From assembly GCF_054482525.1 (NCBI RefSeq), contig NZ_CM137006.1: DNA of 64,000 nucleotides. One strand, given 5' to 3'. The notes under the pieces were generated by a model, which was not told the origin of the DNA, ran no database searches, and worked only from the letters and a program-made list of their open reading frames with translations. A program made the position numbers and the translations under genes. Positions 1-9,594 of the stretch are shown here, in pieces; position 1 is the stretch's first letter, and every line of letters starts with the position of its first letter.

Positions 1-2179
1 ATGGCCGTTAAAGCCTCCGGGCGTTTTGTCCCTCCGTCAGCATTTGCCGCAGGCACCGGTAAGGCGTTTACCGGTGCTTATGCATGGAACGCGCCACGCG
101 AGGCTGTCGGGCGCGAAAGACCCCTTACACGTGACGAGATGCGTCAGGTGCAAGGTGTTTTATCCACGATTAACCGCCTGCCTTACTTTTTGCGCTCGCT
201 GTTTACGTCACGCTATGACTACATCCGGCGCAATAAAAGCCCGGTGCACGGGTTTTATTTTCTCACATCCACTTTTCAGCGTCGTTTATGGCCGCGCATT
301 GAGCGTGTGAATCAGCGCCATGAAATGAACACCGACGCGTCGTTGCTGTTTCTGGCAGAGCGTGACCATTATGCGCGTCTGCCGGGGATGAATGACAAGG
401 AGCTGAAAAAGTTTGCCGCCCGTATCTCATCGCAGCTTTTCATGATGTATGAGGAACTCTGCGATGCCTGGGTGGATGCGCATGGCGAAAAAGAATCGCT
501 GTTTACGGATGAGGCGCAGGCTCACCTCTATGGTCATGTTGCTGGTGCTGCACGTGCTTTCAATATTTCCCCGCTCTACTGGAAAAAATACCGTAAAGGG
601 CAGATGACCACGAGGCAGGCATATTCTGCCATTGCCCGTCTGTTTAACGATGAGTGGTGGACCCATCAGCTTAAAGGCCAGCGTATGCGCTGGCATGAGG
701 CGTTACTGATTGCTGTCGGGGAGGTCAATAAAGACCGTTCTCCTTATGCTAGTAAACATGCCATTCGTGATGTGCGTGCACGCCGCCAGGCAAATCTGGA
801 ATTTCTTAAATCGTGTGATCTCGAAAACAGGGAAACCGGCGAGCGCATCGACCTTATCAGTAAGGTGATGGGCAGTATTTCTAATCCTGAAATTCGCCGG
901 ATGGAGCTGATGAACACCATTGCCGGTATTGAGCGTTACGCCGCAGCAGAGGGTGATGTGGGGATGTTTATCACGCTGACCGCGCCGTCAAAGTATCACC
1001 CGACACGTCAGGTCAGAAAAGGCGAAAGTAAAACCGTCCAGCTAAATCACGGCTGGAACGATGAGGCATTTAATCCAAAGGATGCGCAGCGTTATCTCTG
1101 CCGTATCTGGAGCCTGATGCGCACGGCATTCAAGGATAATGATTTACAGGTCTACGGTTTGCGTGTCGTCGAGCCACACCACGACGGAACGCCGCACTGG
1201 CATATGATGCTTTTTTGTAATCCGCGCCAGCGTAACCAGATTATCGAAATCATGCGTCGCTATGCGCTCAAAGAGGATGGCGATGAAAGAGGAGCCGCGC
1301 GAAACCGTTTTCAGGCAAAACACCTTAACCGGGGCGGTGCTGCGGGGTATATCGCGAAATACATCTCAAAAAACATCGACGGCTATGCACTGGATGGTCA
1401 GCTCGATAACGATACCGGCAGGCCGCTGAAAGACACTGCTGCGGCTGTTACCGCATGGGCGTCAACGTGGCGCATCCCGCAATTTAAAACGGTTGGTCTG
1501 CCGACAATGGGGGCTTACCGTGAACTACGCAAATTGCCGCGCGGCGTCAGCATTGCTGATGAGTTTGACGAGCGCGTCGAGGCTGCACGCGCCGCCGCAG
1601 ACAGTGGTGATTTTGCGTTGTATATCAGCGCGCAGGGTGGGGCAAATGTCCCGCGCGATTGTCAGACTGTCAGAGTCGCCCGTAGCCCGTCGGATGACGT
1701 TAACGAGTACGAGGAAGAGGTCGAGAGGGTGGTCGGCATTTACGCGCCGCATCTCGGCGCGCGTCATATTCATATCACCAGAACGACGGACTGGCGCATT
1801 GTGCCGAAAGTTCCGGTCGTTGAGCCTTTGACTTTAAAAAGCGGCATCGCCGCGCCTCGGAGTCCTGTCAATAACTGTGGAAAGCTCACCGGTGGTGATA
1901 CTTCGTTACCGGCTCCCACACCTTCTGAGCACGCCGCAGCAGTGCTTAATCTGGTTGATGACGGTGTTATCGAATGGAATGACCCGGAGGTCGTGAGGGC
2001 GCTCAGGGGCGCATTAAAACACGGGCTGAGAACGCCAAATCGTCAGCAAAGAAACAGAAGCCCGTTAAAACCGAATGAAATAGCGCCATCGGCCAGGCTG
2101 ACCCGGTCGGAACGAATGCAAATTACCCGTATCCGCGTTGACCTTGCTCAGAACGGTATCAGGCCGCAGCGATGGGAGC
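1..2179 (+). pseudogene. A: P2-like replication initiation protein gpA (rolling-circle HUH endonuclease), 3' end interrupted by IS3 after codon 726
   Basis: Translation begins MAVKASGRFVPPSAF and contains HUH motif PHWHMMLF and tyrosine motif GYIAKYISK; the provided ORF (1-2217) reads 12 codons into IS3 before stopping. Start at position 1 assumed from recalled P2 gpA N-terminus. Confidence 0.88.
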
Positions 2180-2244
2180 TGATCTTACCCAGCAATAGTG
2201 GACACGCGGCTAAGTGAGTAAACTCTCAGTCAGAGGTGACTCAC

Positions 2245-2544
2245 ATGACAAAAACAGTATCAACCAGTAAAAAACCCCGTAAACAGCATTCGCCTGAATT
2301 TCGCAGTGAAGCCCTGAAGCTTGCTGAACGCATCGGTGTTACTGCCGCAGCCCGTGAACTCAGCCTGTATGAATCACAACTCTACAACTGGCGCAGTAAA
2401 CAGCAAAATCAGCAGACGTCTTCTGAACGTGAACTGGAGATGTCTACCGAGATTGCACGTCTCAAACGCCAGCTGGCAGAACGGGATGAAGAGCTGGCTA
2501 TCCTCCAAAAGGCCGCGACATACTTCGCGAAGCGCCTGAAATGA
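2245..2544 (+). CDS. insE: IS3 transposase OrfA (InsE-like, 99 aa)
   Basis: [31 protein letters not shown]... helix-turn-helix/leucine-zipper OrfA of IS3; the provided ORF starts 3 codons upstream. Confidence 0.92.
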
Positions 2545-3407
2545 AGTATGTCTTTATTGAAAAACATCAGGCTGAGTTCAGCATCAAAGCAATGTGCCGC
2601 GTGCTCCGGGTGGCCCGCAGCGGCTGGTATACGTGGTGTCAGCGGCGGACAAGGATAAGCACGCGTCAGCAGTTCCGCCAACACTGCGACAGCGTTGTCC
2701 TCGCGGCTTTTACCCGGTCAAAACAGCGTTACGGTGCCCCACGCCTGACGGATGAACTGCGTGCTCAGGGTTACCCCTTTAACGTAAAAACCGTGGCGGC
2801 AAGCCTGCGCCGTCAGGGACTGAGGGCAAAGGCCTCCCGGAAGTTCAGCCCGGTCAGCTACCGCGCACACGGCCTGCCTGTGTCAGAAAATCTGTTGGAG
2901 CAGGATTTTTACGCCAGTGGCCCGAACCAGAAGTGGGCAGGAGACATCACGTACTTACGTACAGATGAAGGCTGGCTGTATCTGGCAGTGGTCATTGACC
3001 TGTGGTCACGTGCCGTTATTGGCTGGTCAATGTCGCCACGCATGACGGCGCAACTGGCCTGCGATGCCCTGCAGATGGCGCTGTGGCGGCGTAAGAGGCC
3101 CCGGAACGTTATCGTTCACACGGACCGTGGAGGCCAGTACTGTTCAGCAGATTATCAGGCGCAACTGAAGCGGCATAATCTGCGTGGAAGTATGAGCGCA
3201 AAAGGTTGCTGCTACGATAATGCCTGCGTGGAAAGCTTCTTTCATTCGCTGAAAGTGGAATGTATCCATGGAGAACACTTTATCAGCCGGGAAATAATGC
3301 GGGCAACGGTGTTTAATTATATCGAATGTGATTACAATCGGTGGCGGCGGCACAGTTGGTGTGGCGGCCTCAGTCCGGAACAATTTGAAAACAAGAACCT
3401 CGCTTAG
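2541..3407 (+). CDS. insF: IS3 transposase OrfB (InsF-like, 288 aa, DDE integrase domain)
   Basis: 288-aa ORF overlapping orfA by ATGA; contains HTDRGGQY...[14 protein letters not shown]-type motifs; expected to be expressed as an OrfAB fusion by -1 frameshift. Confidence 0.92.
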
Positions 3408-3440
3408 GCCTGTGTCCATATTACGTGGGTAGGATCAAGC

Positions 3441-3541
3441 TTGAGGTGCTGGCGCGTGGGGCAACGGTAAGCTATTGTGGGGAAAAATTTACGTATCCGG
3501 TCGCTGATGAGGGGGCGGGATTTGTAGTATGTAAATGGTGA
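3441..3541 (+). pseudogene. A: Displaced 3' remnant of gene A (last ~34 codons) downstream of IS3
   Basis: Joining 2179 to 3441 (removing IS3 and one TSD copy) continues the A frame as LEVLARGATVSYCGEKFTYPVADEGAGFVVCKW-stop at 3539-3541, giving ~760 aa, the expected gpA length. Confidence 0.6.
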
Positions 3542-3791
3542 AGGTAAGATGGGTTTTTGTCTGTAACGCATTGTTTTATATGGTTATATTTGATTTTTTG
3601 TAACGTGTGTTCATGTTTTCTTTGCTATGATTCATACTACTGCTATAGATGGCTAAAGATATAGGTTGTTGCTTAAATGTATATAGATAATTAAACGCCT
3701 TAATTTTTGATGAGATGTGTCATAAAGTGGAGTCTGTATGGCATAATTTTATGGGGCATGACATTTATACCATTCTTAAAAAGGAGATTAT

Positions 3792-5459
3792 ATGCTGATA
3801 ACTTTCTCAGGACAAAATTATAAGGCATACGAGAGTTTTAAGTTGTCTTTAAAGCCATTGACAATATTATTAGGGGCAAATAGTTGTGGGAAAAGTGCAT
3901 TAATTAACTCTTTGTTGATGTTTTCTCAGTCTGTTGATTCAATGTCATTGTCTGATTCTGCTTTAAGGTTGAATGGGCCTAAAGTTGGGATGGGAGAAGC
4001 ATTAAATATAATAAAAAATAAAGATGACTCCAAAACACTTAGTTTTAGTTTTGATTTTTCTGATAATACAGTGGTTAAAAATGGCATTGATACACTGAGG
4101 AGAGAAACTTTAGAATCATTTGCTATGATTATGCGATTCACAGTGCAAACGGTGAAAAATAATGACGCTTTGGTTACGAAAGCCAATGATTTAATAAATG
4201 AGGCTTCGAATGCGATCGTTAACTTTGACGAATTTGAGGAAGCTGAGTTAAAGGTTATCGCTGATAAGTTATGTCAATTACTTTTGCTTTTTAGGGAGGC
4301 GGGTGATAATGTCACATTTAGTCGTGCGACCTCAGAAAATTTACGCAAATTTATATATGAATGTCCATTAAAGAGAATAAAGGATTGTCTAACTAAAGTT
4401 ATTTCCATTTCAGGAAATAAATTGTCGGCTTCTAAGATAAGCTATGATTTCAAATATGATAAAAATAAAGGGGTGATAAAAGTTTCGAGGCTTGTTCTTT
4501 TAAATAAGAATGATGAAAAGATAGTTGAGCTATTACCAAAGAAGAATAATGTCGTTGTATTATCAGATGTTATCCCTCAAGAAGTGTTTAGAGGATGTCA
4601 GTCAGATATCTTAGAAATCATCAATCCTTATTCGCTGGGGCTGTTCCCTGTCAATAATGGGCGTGGTTTTTATGTTTTTTTTGGTAACTCTTATAATCCT
4701 GTTGTTAATTTTTTATCACATGTTGTTTCTTTGGGTGTATTAATGCTTTCAAAAATGTTTGATGGTGAAAATGTTAATCACGTCAGCCCATTGAGAGCAT
4801 TTCCTCAGCGATATTATCTATTAGACAAAACAGTCAATCATGCGCAGTTAAATTCTGCCGATGGATCTGAGTTAGCGGAGATCTTGAAGAAAAATACAAA
4901 AATAACAGAAAATATAAATCTTCTTCTGGCTGAATTTAATTTGGCTGTTGATATAGTTAAAGTTAATGACATAATTCATAAAATTGTTATAAACCAAGAT
5001 GCTGTTAATTTAGAGTTGACAGATGTGGGGTTTGGAATATCACAAGTATTGCCTGTCTTGGTTCAAGCTTATTTGTCACCAAAGGGTTCGATTACAATAA
5101 TAGAACAACCAGAAATACATTTGCATCCTAAAATGCAGGCATGGTTAACGGACGCATTAATTAAAATATCTATGCAAGAAAAGAAAGTATTTATTATTGA
5201 AACCCATAGCGATGCTTTAGTTAGACGAATTAGATTAAGAATTGTTGATGAATCGAGTGAACTTACAGAGGATCATGTTGCAATCTACCATCTTGAGCGC
5301 GATGAAGAGGGAACATCAACATTGCTGAATAGGGTGGCTGTAAATTCTGATGGAGATATCACATGGCCAAATGAATTTATGGATGTTGAGATTCAGGATA
5401 CAATTAGAATACAGGAGTTAAAGATACAGAAAATAATGAACTCAAAGGGGGTTCATTGA
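3792..5459 (+). CDS. ABC-type (AAA_15/AAA_21-like) ATPase, 555 aa; first gene of cargo operon in the P2 A-cos accessory slot; candidate defence-system ATPase
   Basis: Walker A GANSCGKS at aa 28-35 (nt 3873-3896); Walker B/D-loop ITIIEQPEIHLHP at aa 434-446 (nt 5091-5129); H-loop IIETHS; ~400-aa insert between Walker A and B; AAGGAG RBS 6 nt upstream; AT-rich codon usage unlike flanking phage genes. Confidence 0.75.
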   Translation: MLITFSGQNYKAYESFKLSLKPLTILLGANSCGKSALINSLLMFSQSVDSMSLSDSALRLNGPKVGMGEALNIIKNKDDSKTLSFSFDFSDNTVVKNGIDTLRRETLESFAMIMRFTVQTVKNNDALVTKANDLINEASNAIVNFDEFEEAELKVIADKLCQLLLLFREAGDNVTFSRATSENLRKFIYECPLKRIKDCLTKVISISGNKLSASKISYDFKYDKNKGVIKVSRLVLLNKNDEKIVELLPKKNNVVVLSDVIPQEVFRGCQSDILEIINPYSLGLFPVNNGRGFYVFFGNSYNPVVNFLSHVVSLGVLMLSKMFDGENVNHVSPLRAFPQRYYLLDKTVNHAQLNSADGSELAEILKKNTKITENINLLLAEFNLAVDIVKVNDIIHKIVINQDAVNLELTDVGFGISQVLPVLVQAYLSPKGSITIIEQPEIHLHPKMQAWLTDALIKISMQEKKVFIIETHSDALVRRIRLRIVDESSELTEDHVAIYHLERDEEGTSTLLNRVAVNSDGDITWPNEFMDVEIQDTIRIQELKIQKIMNSKGVH

Positions 5460-5460
5460 C

Positions 5461-6462
5461 ATGTATTGTGCAGTGTGTTTGTGTCCTGATTTTGTTGCGG
5501 CTAATATTTCTGATATTAATTTATTTAGTGGTTTTTTTATTGGAACCATTGTTAATGGTGAAAATCAGTTGATTTTAGATGCTGATGAAAAAATCCGTTT
5601 GGGCTATTTGAAATCTTGTAAAAATAACAAGGATTCTTTTTATCTGCTTCAGAAATGGGAGGCTGAATTATCTAAAGCTTCTTCAGGTAAAATATTGCTT
5701 GCACCAGTGAGTAATAGTACTGATGATATTAAGGATATAGTTGTTTGTGCAGTTGCTAACGCAGCTACCACCTTTGATAAACATATTGTGGTATTAGACA
5801 ATAATAGTTACTCTGGATATGTTGATGAATTAATTAGGCAAAGAGTTAATTTGTTAAATCTTAATAGTATAAGTTTAATATCAAAGGAGGATAGGGTGCA
5901 GCGTCCTTTGAATTTTATAAAGTTTGATAGCGATTTGTCTTGGGTGCTTCAAAGACTGGGGCGACGCTCTGCTAAAGGATATGGCGAAGATGATTTTAAT
6001 GATTTTATACGAGATATGTTATTAGCTAAAAATTATGAGGTAAAAGATCAAACTCGAGAAGGAGAGTCTCAATCGGGGAAAAAAGCCGGTGAGTTAGATC
6101 TTGTTATTGAAGATAGAGGAGAACTGTTTGCTATAATAGAAGCCTTGATTTTAAACTCTTTAGATCAAGCTAACATATTAAAGCATTATTCAAAGTTAAT
6201 TGATAACTATAATCCTATTCATGTCAAAAGGTTGTTTTTAATTGCTTATTATACAGGTGCAAAATTCGATGCCTGGTGTGAAAGATATATTGAGTATCTA
6301 AAGGGGATTACTTCGGTAGATATTGGTGTGGAATCTCATCAGATAGTTGAGGTTAAAGAAGTGGATACCCCGTACATAGGCTTAAGAAAAATTGAACATC
6401 ATTTTAGATATGCGGGGGAGCACTATTTTTGTATCCATTATGCAGTCAAAATGGCTCGGTGA
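5461..6462 (+). CDS. Hypothetical protein, 333 aa; partner of the ABC ATPase (translationally coupled); candidate effector of unknown fold
   Basis: ATG 1 nt after the ATPase stop (TGA-c-ATG); AT-rich; Cys cluster CAVCLC at N-terminus; acidic stretch GELDLVIEDRGELFAIIEAL; no motif I can assign confidently. Confidence 0.65.
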   Translation: MYCAVCLCPDFVAANISDINLFSGFFIGTIVNGENQLILDADEKIRLGYLKSCKNNKDSFYLLQKWEAELSKASSGKILLAPVSNSTDDIKDIVVCAVANAATTFDKHIVVLDNNSYSGYVDELIRQRVNLLNLNSISLISKEDRVQRPLNFIKFDSDLSWVLQRLGRRSAKGYGEDDFNDFIRDMLLAKNYEVKDQTREGESQSGKKAGELDLVIEDRGELFAIIEALILNSLDQANILKHYSKLIDNYNPIHVKRLFLIAYYTGAKFDAWCERYIEYLKGITSVDIGVESHQIVEVKEVDTPYIGLRKIEHHFRYAGEHYFCIHYAVKMAR

Positions 6463-6473
6463 TGTTTAAGATG

Positions 6474-6499
6474 AATGCACCTATAGGGTGCATCATTTT
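6474..6499 (+). terminator. Putative intrinsic terminator of the cargo operon
   Basis: Short hairpin tgcacc-tata-gggtgca followed by tcatttt immediately after the second cargo gene. Confidence 0.35.
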
Positions 6500-6599
6500 G
6501 CATGTTTAAATATGTTCTCTATGTATGTGCGCTAGGCTTGACTGGCGCGCTTATACTGTGTTTACGCAACTGCATTAAAACTGACCCATGAAGCGGGCG

Positions 6600-6618
6600 G
6601 GCGAGGCGGGGAAAGCAC
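6600..6618. other. cos: P2 cos site (19-nt cohesive-end sequence)
   Basis: GGCGAGGCGGGGAAAGCAC matches the P2 cohesive end as I recall it, located between the accessory slot and the portal gene Q as in P2. Confidence 0.8.
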
Positions 6619-6787
6619 TGCGCGCTGGCGGTGGTGCTGATTTTATTTTTTCAGCGTCTGAGCGCGTCGTGATGGCGTTTGGATTGTTCGCCGGGGCGTT
6701 GGTGTGTATGCGGGCTGTTTTGTGCGGTGGTGAGCGTGTGAGGGCGTGATGACGGGGTGTAAAAAAGCCGCCCGCAGGCGGCGATGT

Positions 6788-7822
6788 TCAGCCGTTGTCA
6801 GTGTCCAGTGAGTAGTTTTTAAAGCGGATGACCTCCTGACCGAGCCAGCCGTTTATCTCGCGGATCCTGTCCTGTAACGGGATAAGCTCATTGCGGACAA
6901 AGACCTTTGCCACTTTCTCAATATCACCCAGCGACCCGACGTTCTCCGGCTTGCCGCCCATCAACTGAAAAGGGATGCGGTGCGCGTCCAGCAGGTCTGC
7001 GGCGCTGGCTTTTTTGATATTAAAAAAATCGTCCTTCGTTGCCACTTCACTGAGCGGGATAATTTTAATACCGTCGGCTTTTCCCTGTGGGGCGTAGAGA
7101 AACAGGTTTTTAAAGTTGTTGCGGCCTTTCGACTTCACCATGTTTTCGCGAAGCATTTCGATATCGTTGCGATCCTGCACGGCATCGGTGACGTACATGA
7201 TGTATCCGGCATGTGCGCCGTTTTCGTAATACTTGCGGCGGAACAGCGTGGCCGACTCATTCAGCCAGGCAGAGTTAAGGGCGCTGAGATATTCCGGCAG
7301 GCCGTACAGCTCCTGATTGATATCCGGCTCCAGCAGGTGAAACACGGAGCCGGGCGCGAAAGGTGTCGGCTCGTTGAAGGATGGCACCCACCAGTAAACA
7401 TCCTCCTCCACGCCACGGCGGGTATATTTTGCCGGTGAGGTTTCCAGTCTGATGACCTTACCGGTAGTGCTGTAGCGCTTTTCCAGAAACGCATTACCGA
7501 ACACCAGAAAATCCAGCACAAAGCGGCTGAAATCCTGCTGGGAAAGCCACGGGTGCGGGATAAACGTTGAGGCCAGAATATTACGTTTGACGTAAATCGG
7601 TGAGCTGTGATGCACGGCAGCACGCAGGCTTTTTGCCAGACCGGTAAAGCTGACCGGTGGCTCATACCATCTGCCGTTACTGATGCACTCGACGTAATCC
7701 AGAATATCACGGCGGTCGAGTACCGGCACCGGCTCACCAAAGGTGAATGCCTCCATTTTCGGGGCGCTGGCAGTCATTGTTTTCACCGCTGGCTGCGGTG
7801 TTTTCCCTTTTTTCTTACTCAT
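6788..7822 (-). CDS. Q: P2-like portal protein gpQ (344 aa)
   Basis: 344-aa ORF MSKKKGKTPQPAVKT..., size and position (leftward, next to cos) match P2 Q. Confidence 0.92.
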   Translation of the reverse strand: MSKKKGKTPQPAVKTMTASAPKMEAFTFGEPVPVLDRRDILDYVECISNGRWYEPPVSFTGLAKSLRAAVHHSSPIYVKRNILASTFIPHPWLSQQDFSRFVLDFLVFGNAFLEKRYSTTGKVIRLETSPAKYTRRGVEEDVYWWVPSFNEPTPFAPGSVFHLLEPDINQELYGLPEYLSALNSAWLNESATLFRRKYYENGAHAGYIMYVTDAVQDRNDIEMLRENMVKSKGRNNFKNLFLYAPQGKADGIKIIPLSEVATKDDFFNIKKASAADLLDAHRIPFQLMGGKPENVGSLGDIEKVAKVFVRNELIPLQDRIREINGWLGQEVIRFKNYSLDTDNG

Positions 7823-9594
7823 CAGTAAAACTCCAGAATGGTGGATGTCAGCGGGGTGCTGATACCGGCGGTGAGTGGCTCATTTAACAGGGCGTGCATG
7901 GTCGCCCAGGCGAGGTCGGCGTGGCTGGCTTCCTCGCTGCGGCTGGCCTCATAGGTGGCGCTGCGTCCGCTGCTGGTCATGGTCTTGCGGATAGCCATAA
8001 ACGAGCTGGTGATGTCGGTGGCGCTGACGTCATATTCCAGACAGCCACGGCGAATAACGTCTTTTGCCTTGAGCACCATTGCGGTTTTCATTTCCGGCGT
8101 GTAGCGGATATCGCGTGCGGCGGGATAGAACGAGCGAACGAGCTGGAACACGCCGACACCGAGGCCGGTGGCATCAATTCCGATGTATTCGACGTTGTAT
8201 TTTTCGGTGAGTTTGCGGATGGATTCAGCCTGGGTGGCAAAGTCCATGCCTTTCCACTGGTGACGCTCAAGTATTCTGAATTTGCCACCGGCCACCACCG
8301 GCGGTGCCAGCACCACGCATCCGGCACTGTCGCCACGGTGTGACGGGTCGTAACCAATCCAGACCGGGCGGGAGCCGAACGGATTCGCGGCAAACGGCGC
8401 ATAGTCTTCCCATTCTTCCAGCGTGTCGACCATGCAGCGTTGCAGCTCCTCGAACGGGAACACCGACGCCTTGTCGTCAACAAATTCACACATGAACAGG
8501 TTTTTAAAATCGTCGGCGCTGTTTTCGCGTTTAAGCTGCTCAATGTCGAACAGCGTGCAGCCACCTTTCAGGGCGTCCTCAATGGTGACAATCTGCCGCC
8601 ACTGACCGTCCGCACAGAGAAGCCCACCGGCAAGAGCGTTATGACTGACGTCGATTTCCACGCGTTCGGCGGCGCTGGCGCGTCCCCGGTTGAACAGTTC
8701 ACCCGACCAGAACGGGTAGGCGTCGTGCGCCAGCGTGGACGGGGTGGAGAAATAGGTCGAGCGCAGGTGACTCTGTGAGGCCATACCTGATGCCACCTTA
8801 CGCAGTACCTGAAAATTCGGTATCCAGAAAATCTCGTCGACGTACAGGTCGCCGTTATGGCTCTGCGCGGTGTTGGAGTTGGTGCCGAGAAAAATCAGTT
8901 TTGCGCCGTTATTGCCCAGGACAATCGGGTCACCGGTCAGGTCAACGTCAACCAGCCGGGCAAAGGCGATGATGTATTCGCGGAACACATACGCCTGCGT
9001 TTTACTGGCCGACAGAAAAATCTGGTTATGACCGGTTTTCAGGGCGCGCAGCAGCGCCTCGCGGGAAAAATAAAACGTCGCGCCAATCTGGCGGGATTTC
9101 AGGATATCGCGGATGCGGTGCTCAAGCCCGGCGCGATACCAGTGCAACTGATATTCGAAAGACTGCTCAAAGAAAATCTGCTCCAGCTTTTCGATAGCCT
9201 CGTCACTGAAAAAATTCTTTTTCGGTTTGCGCCGCCCGCCTTTGTTGCGGTTAGCGATGTTCGGATTAAGGTCTGCCTCGTTGCCGGTCTGGCTGTAGCG
9301 GTTTACCCGTGCCAGTCGTTCAATCTGGCGTCCGAGCAGGTCAATTTCCTTGAAGTCACCGCCGGTTTTCTGCGGTTTGATGATGAGCTGGGTCAGCCGC
9401 GCTTCCAGACTCATTTCGACACGGCTGATGGGGGCAACGCTGTCCCAGCCGTCGCGCTGTTTCCAGCTCTGCACCGTCGGGCGTTTCATCTGCAACATGG
9501 CGGCAATCTGCGGCACGGAAAACCCCTGCCAGTACAGCAGCGCCGCCTGACGACGCGGGTCGTGCAAAAGAGTGGTGTCTGTGGTGATGGTCAT
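7822..9594 (-). CDS. P: P2-like terminase large (ATPase) subunit gpP (590 aa)
   Basis: Start taken at MTITTDTT (ORF track begins 10 codons upstream); 590 aa as P2 gpP; divergent from O. Confidence 0.9.
   Translation of the reverse strand: MTITTDTTLLHDPRRQAALLYWQGFSVPQIAAMLQMKRPTVQSWKQRDGWDSVAPISRVEMSLEARLTQLIIKPQKTGGDFKEIDLLGRQIERLARVNRYSQTGNEADLNPNIANRNKGGRRKPKKNFFSDEAIEKLEQIFFEQSFEYQLHWYRAGLEHRIRDILKSRQIGATFYFSREALLRALKTGHNQIFLSASKTQAYVFREYIIAFARLVDVDLTGDPIVLGNNGAKLIFLGTNSNTAQSHNGDLYVDEIFWIPNFQVLRKVASGMASQSHLRSTYFSTPSTLAHDAYPFWSGELFNRGRASAAERVEIDVSHNALAGGLLCADGQWRQIVTIEDALKGGCTLFDIEQLKRENSADDFKNLFMCEFVDDKASVFPFEELQRCMVDTLEEWEDYAPFAANPFGSRPVWIGYDPSHRGDSAGCVVLAPPVVAGGKFRILERHQWKGMDFATQAESIRKLTEKYNVEYIGIDATGLGVGVFQLVRSFYPAARDIRYTPEMKTAMVLKAKDVIRRGCLEYDVSATDITSSFMAIRKTMTSSGRSATYEASRSEEASHADLAWATMHALLNEPLTAGISTPLTSTILEFY

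Larger units (their letters stand above)
2180..3437 (+). mobile_element. IS3: IS3 insertion sequence, complete (1258 bp) with terminal inverted repeats and 3-bp target site duplication AGC
   Basis: Left end TGATCTTACCCAGCAATAGTGGACACG at 2180, right end ...ACGTGGGTAGGATCA at 3437; AGC at 2177-2179 and 3438-3440; encodes OrfA/OrfB in the overlapping arrangement typical of IS3. Confidence 0.93.

Noticed and set aside
2180-2217. Last 12 codons of the provided 738-aa ORF (…LILPSNSGHAAK)
   Set aside because: These codons are IS3 left-end sequence read through from gpA, not native gpA; the true gpA coding sequence ends at 2179 and resumes at 3441.
3700-3791. Sigma70 promoter for the cargo operon
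   Set aside because: The AT-rich upstream region contains several -10-like hexamers (e.g. CATAAT at ~3742-3747) but no convincing -35 at proper spacing; too ambiguous to annotate.
3792-6462. Whether the cargo genes are simply P2 old and tin
   Set aside because: The ATPase N-terminus and overall layout do not match my recollection of P2 Old (586 aa, ATPase plus C-terminal TOPRIM), only ~85 residues follow the H-loop, and the second gene is larger than Tin and unlike it; so I treat the operon as a different cargo, pending a database search.
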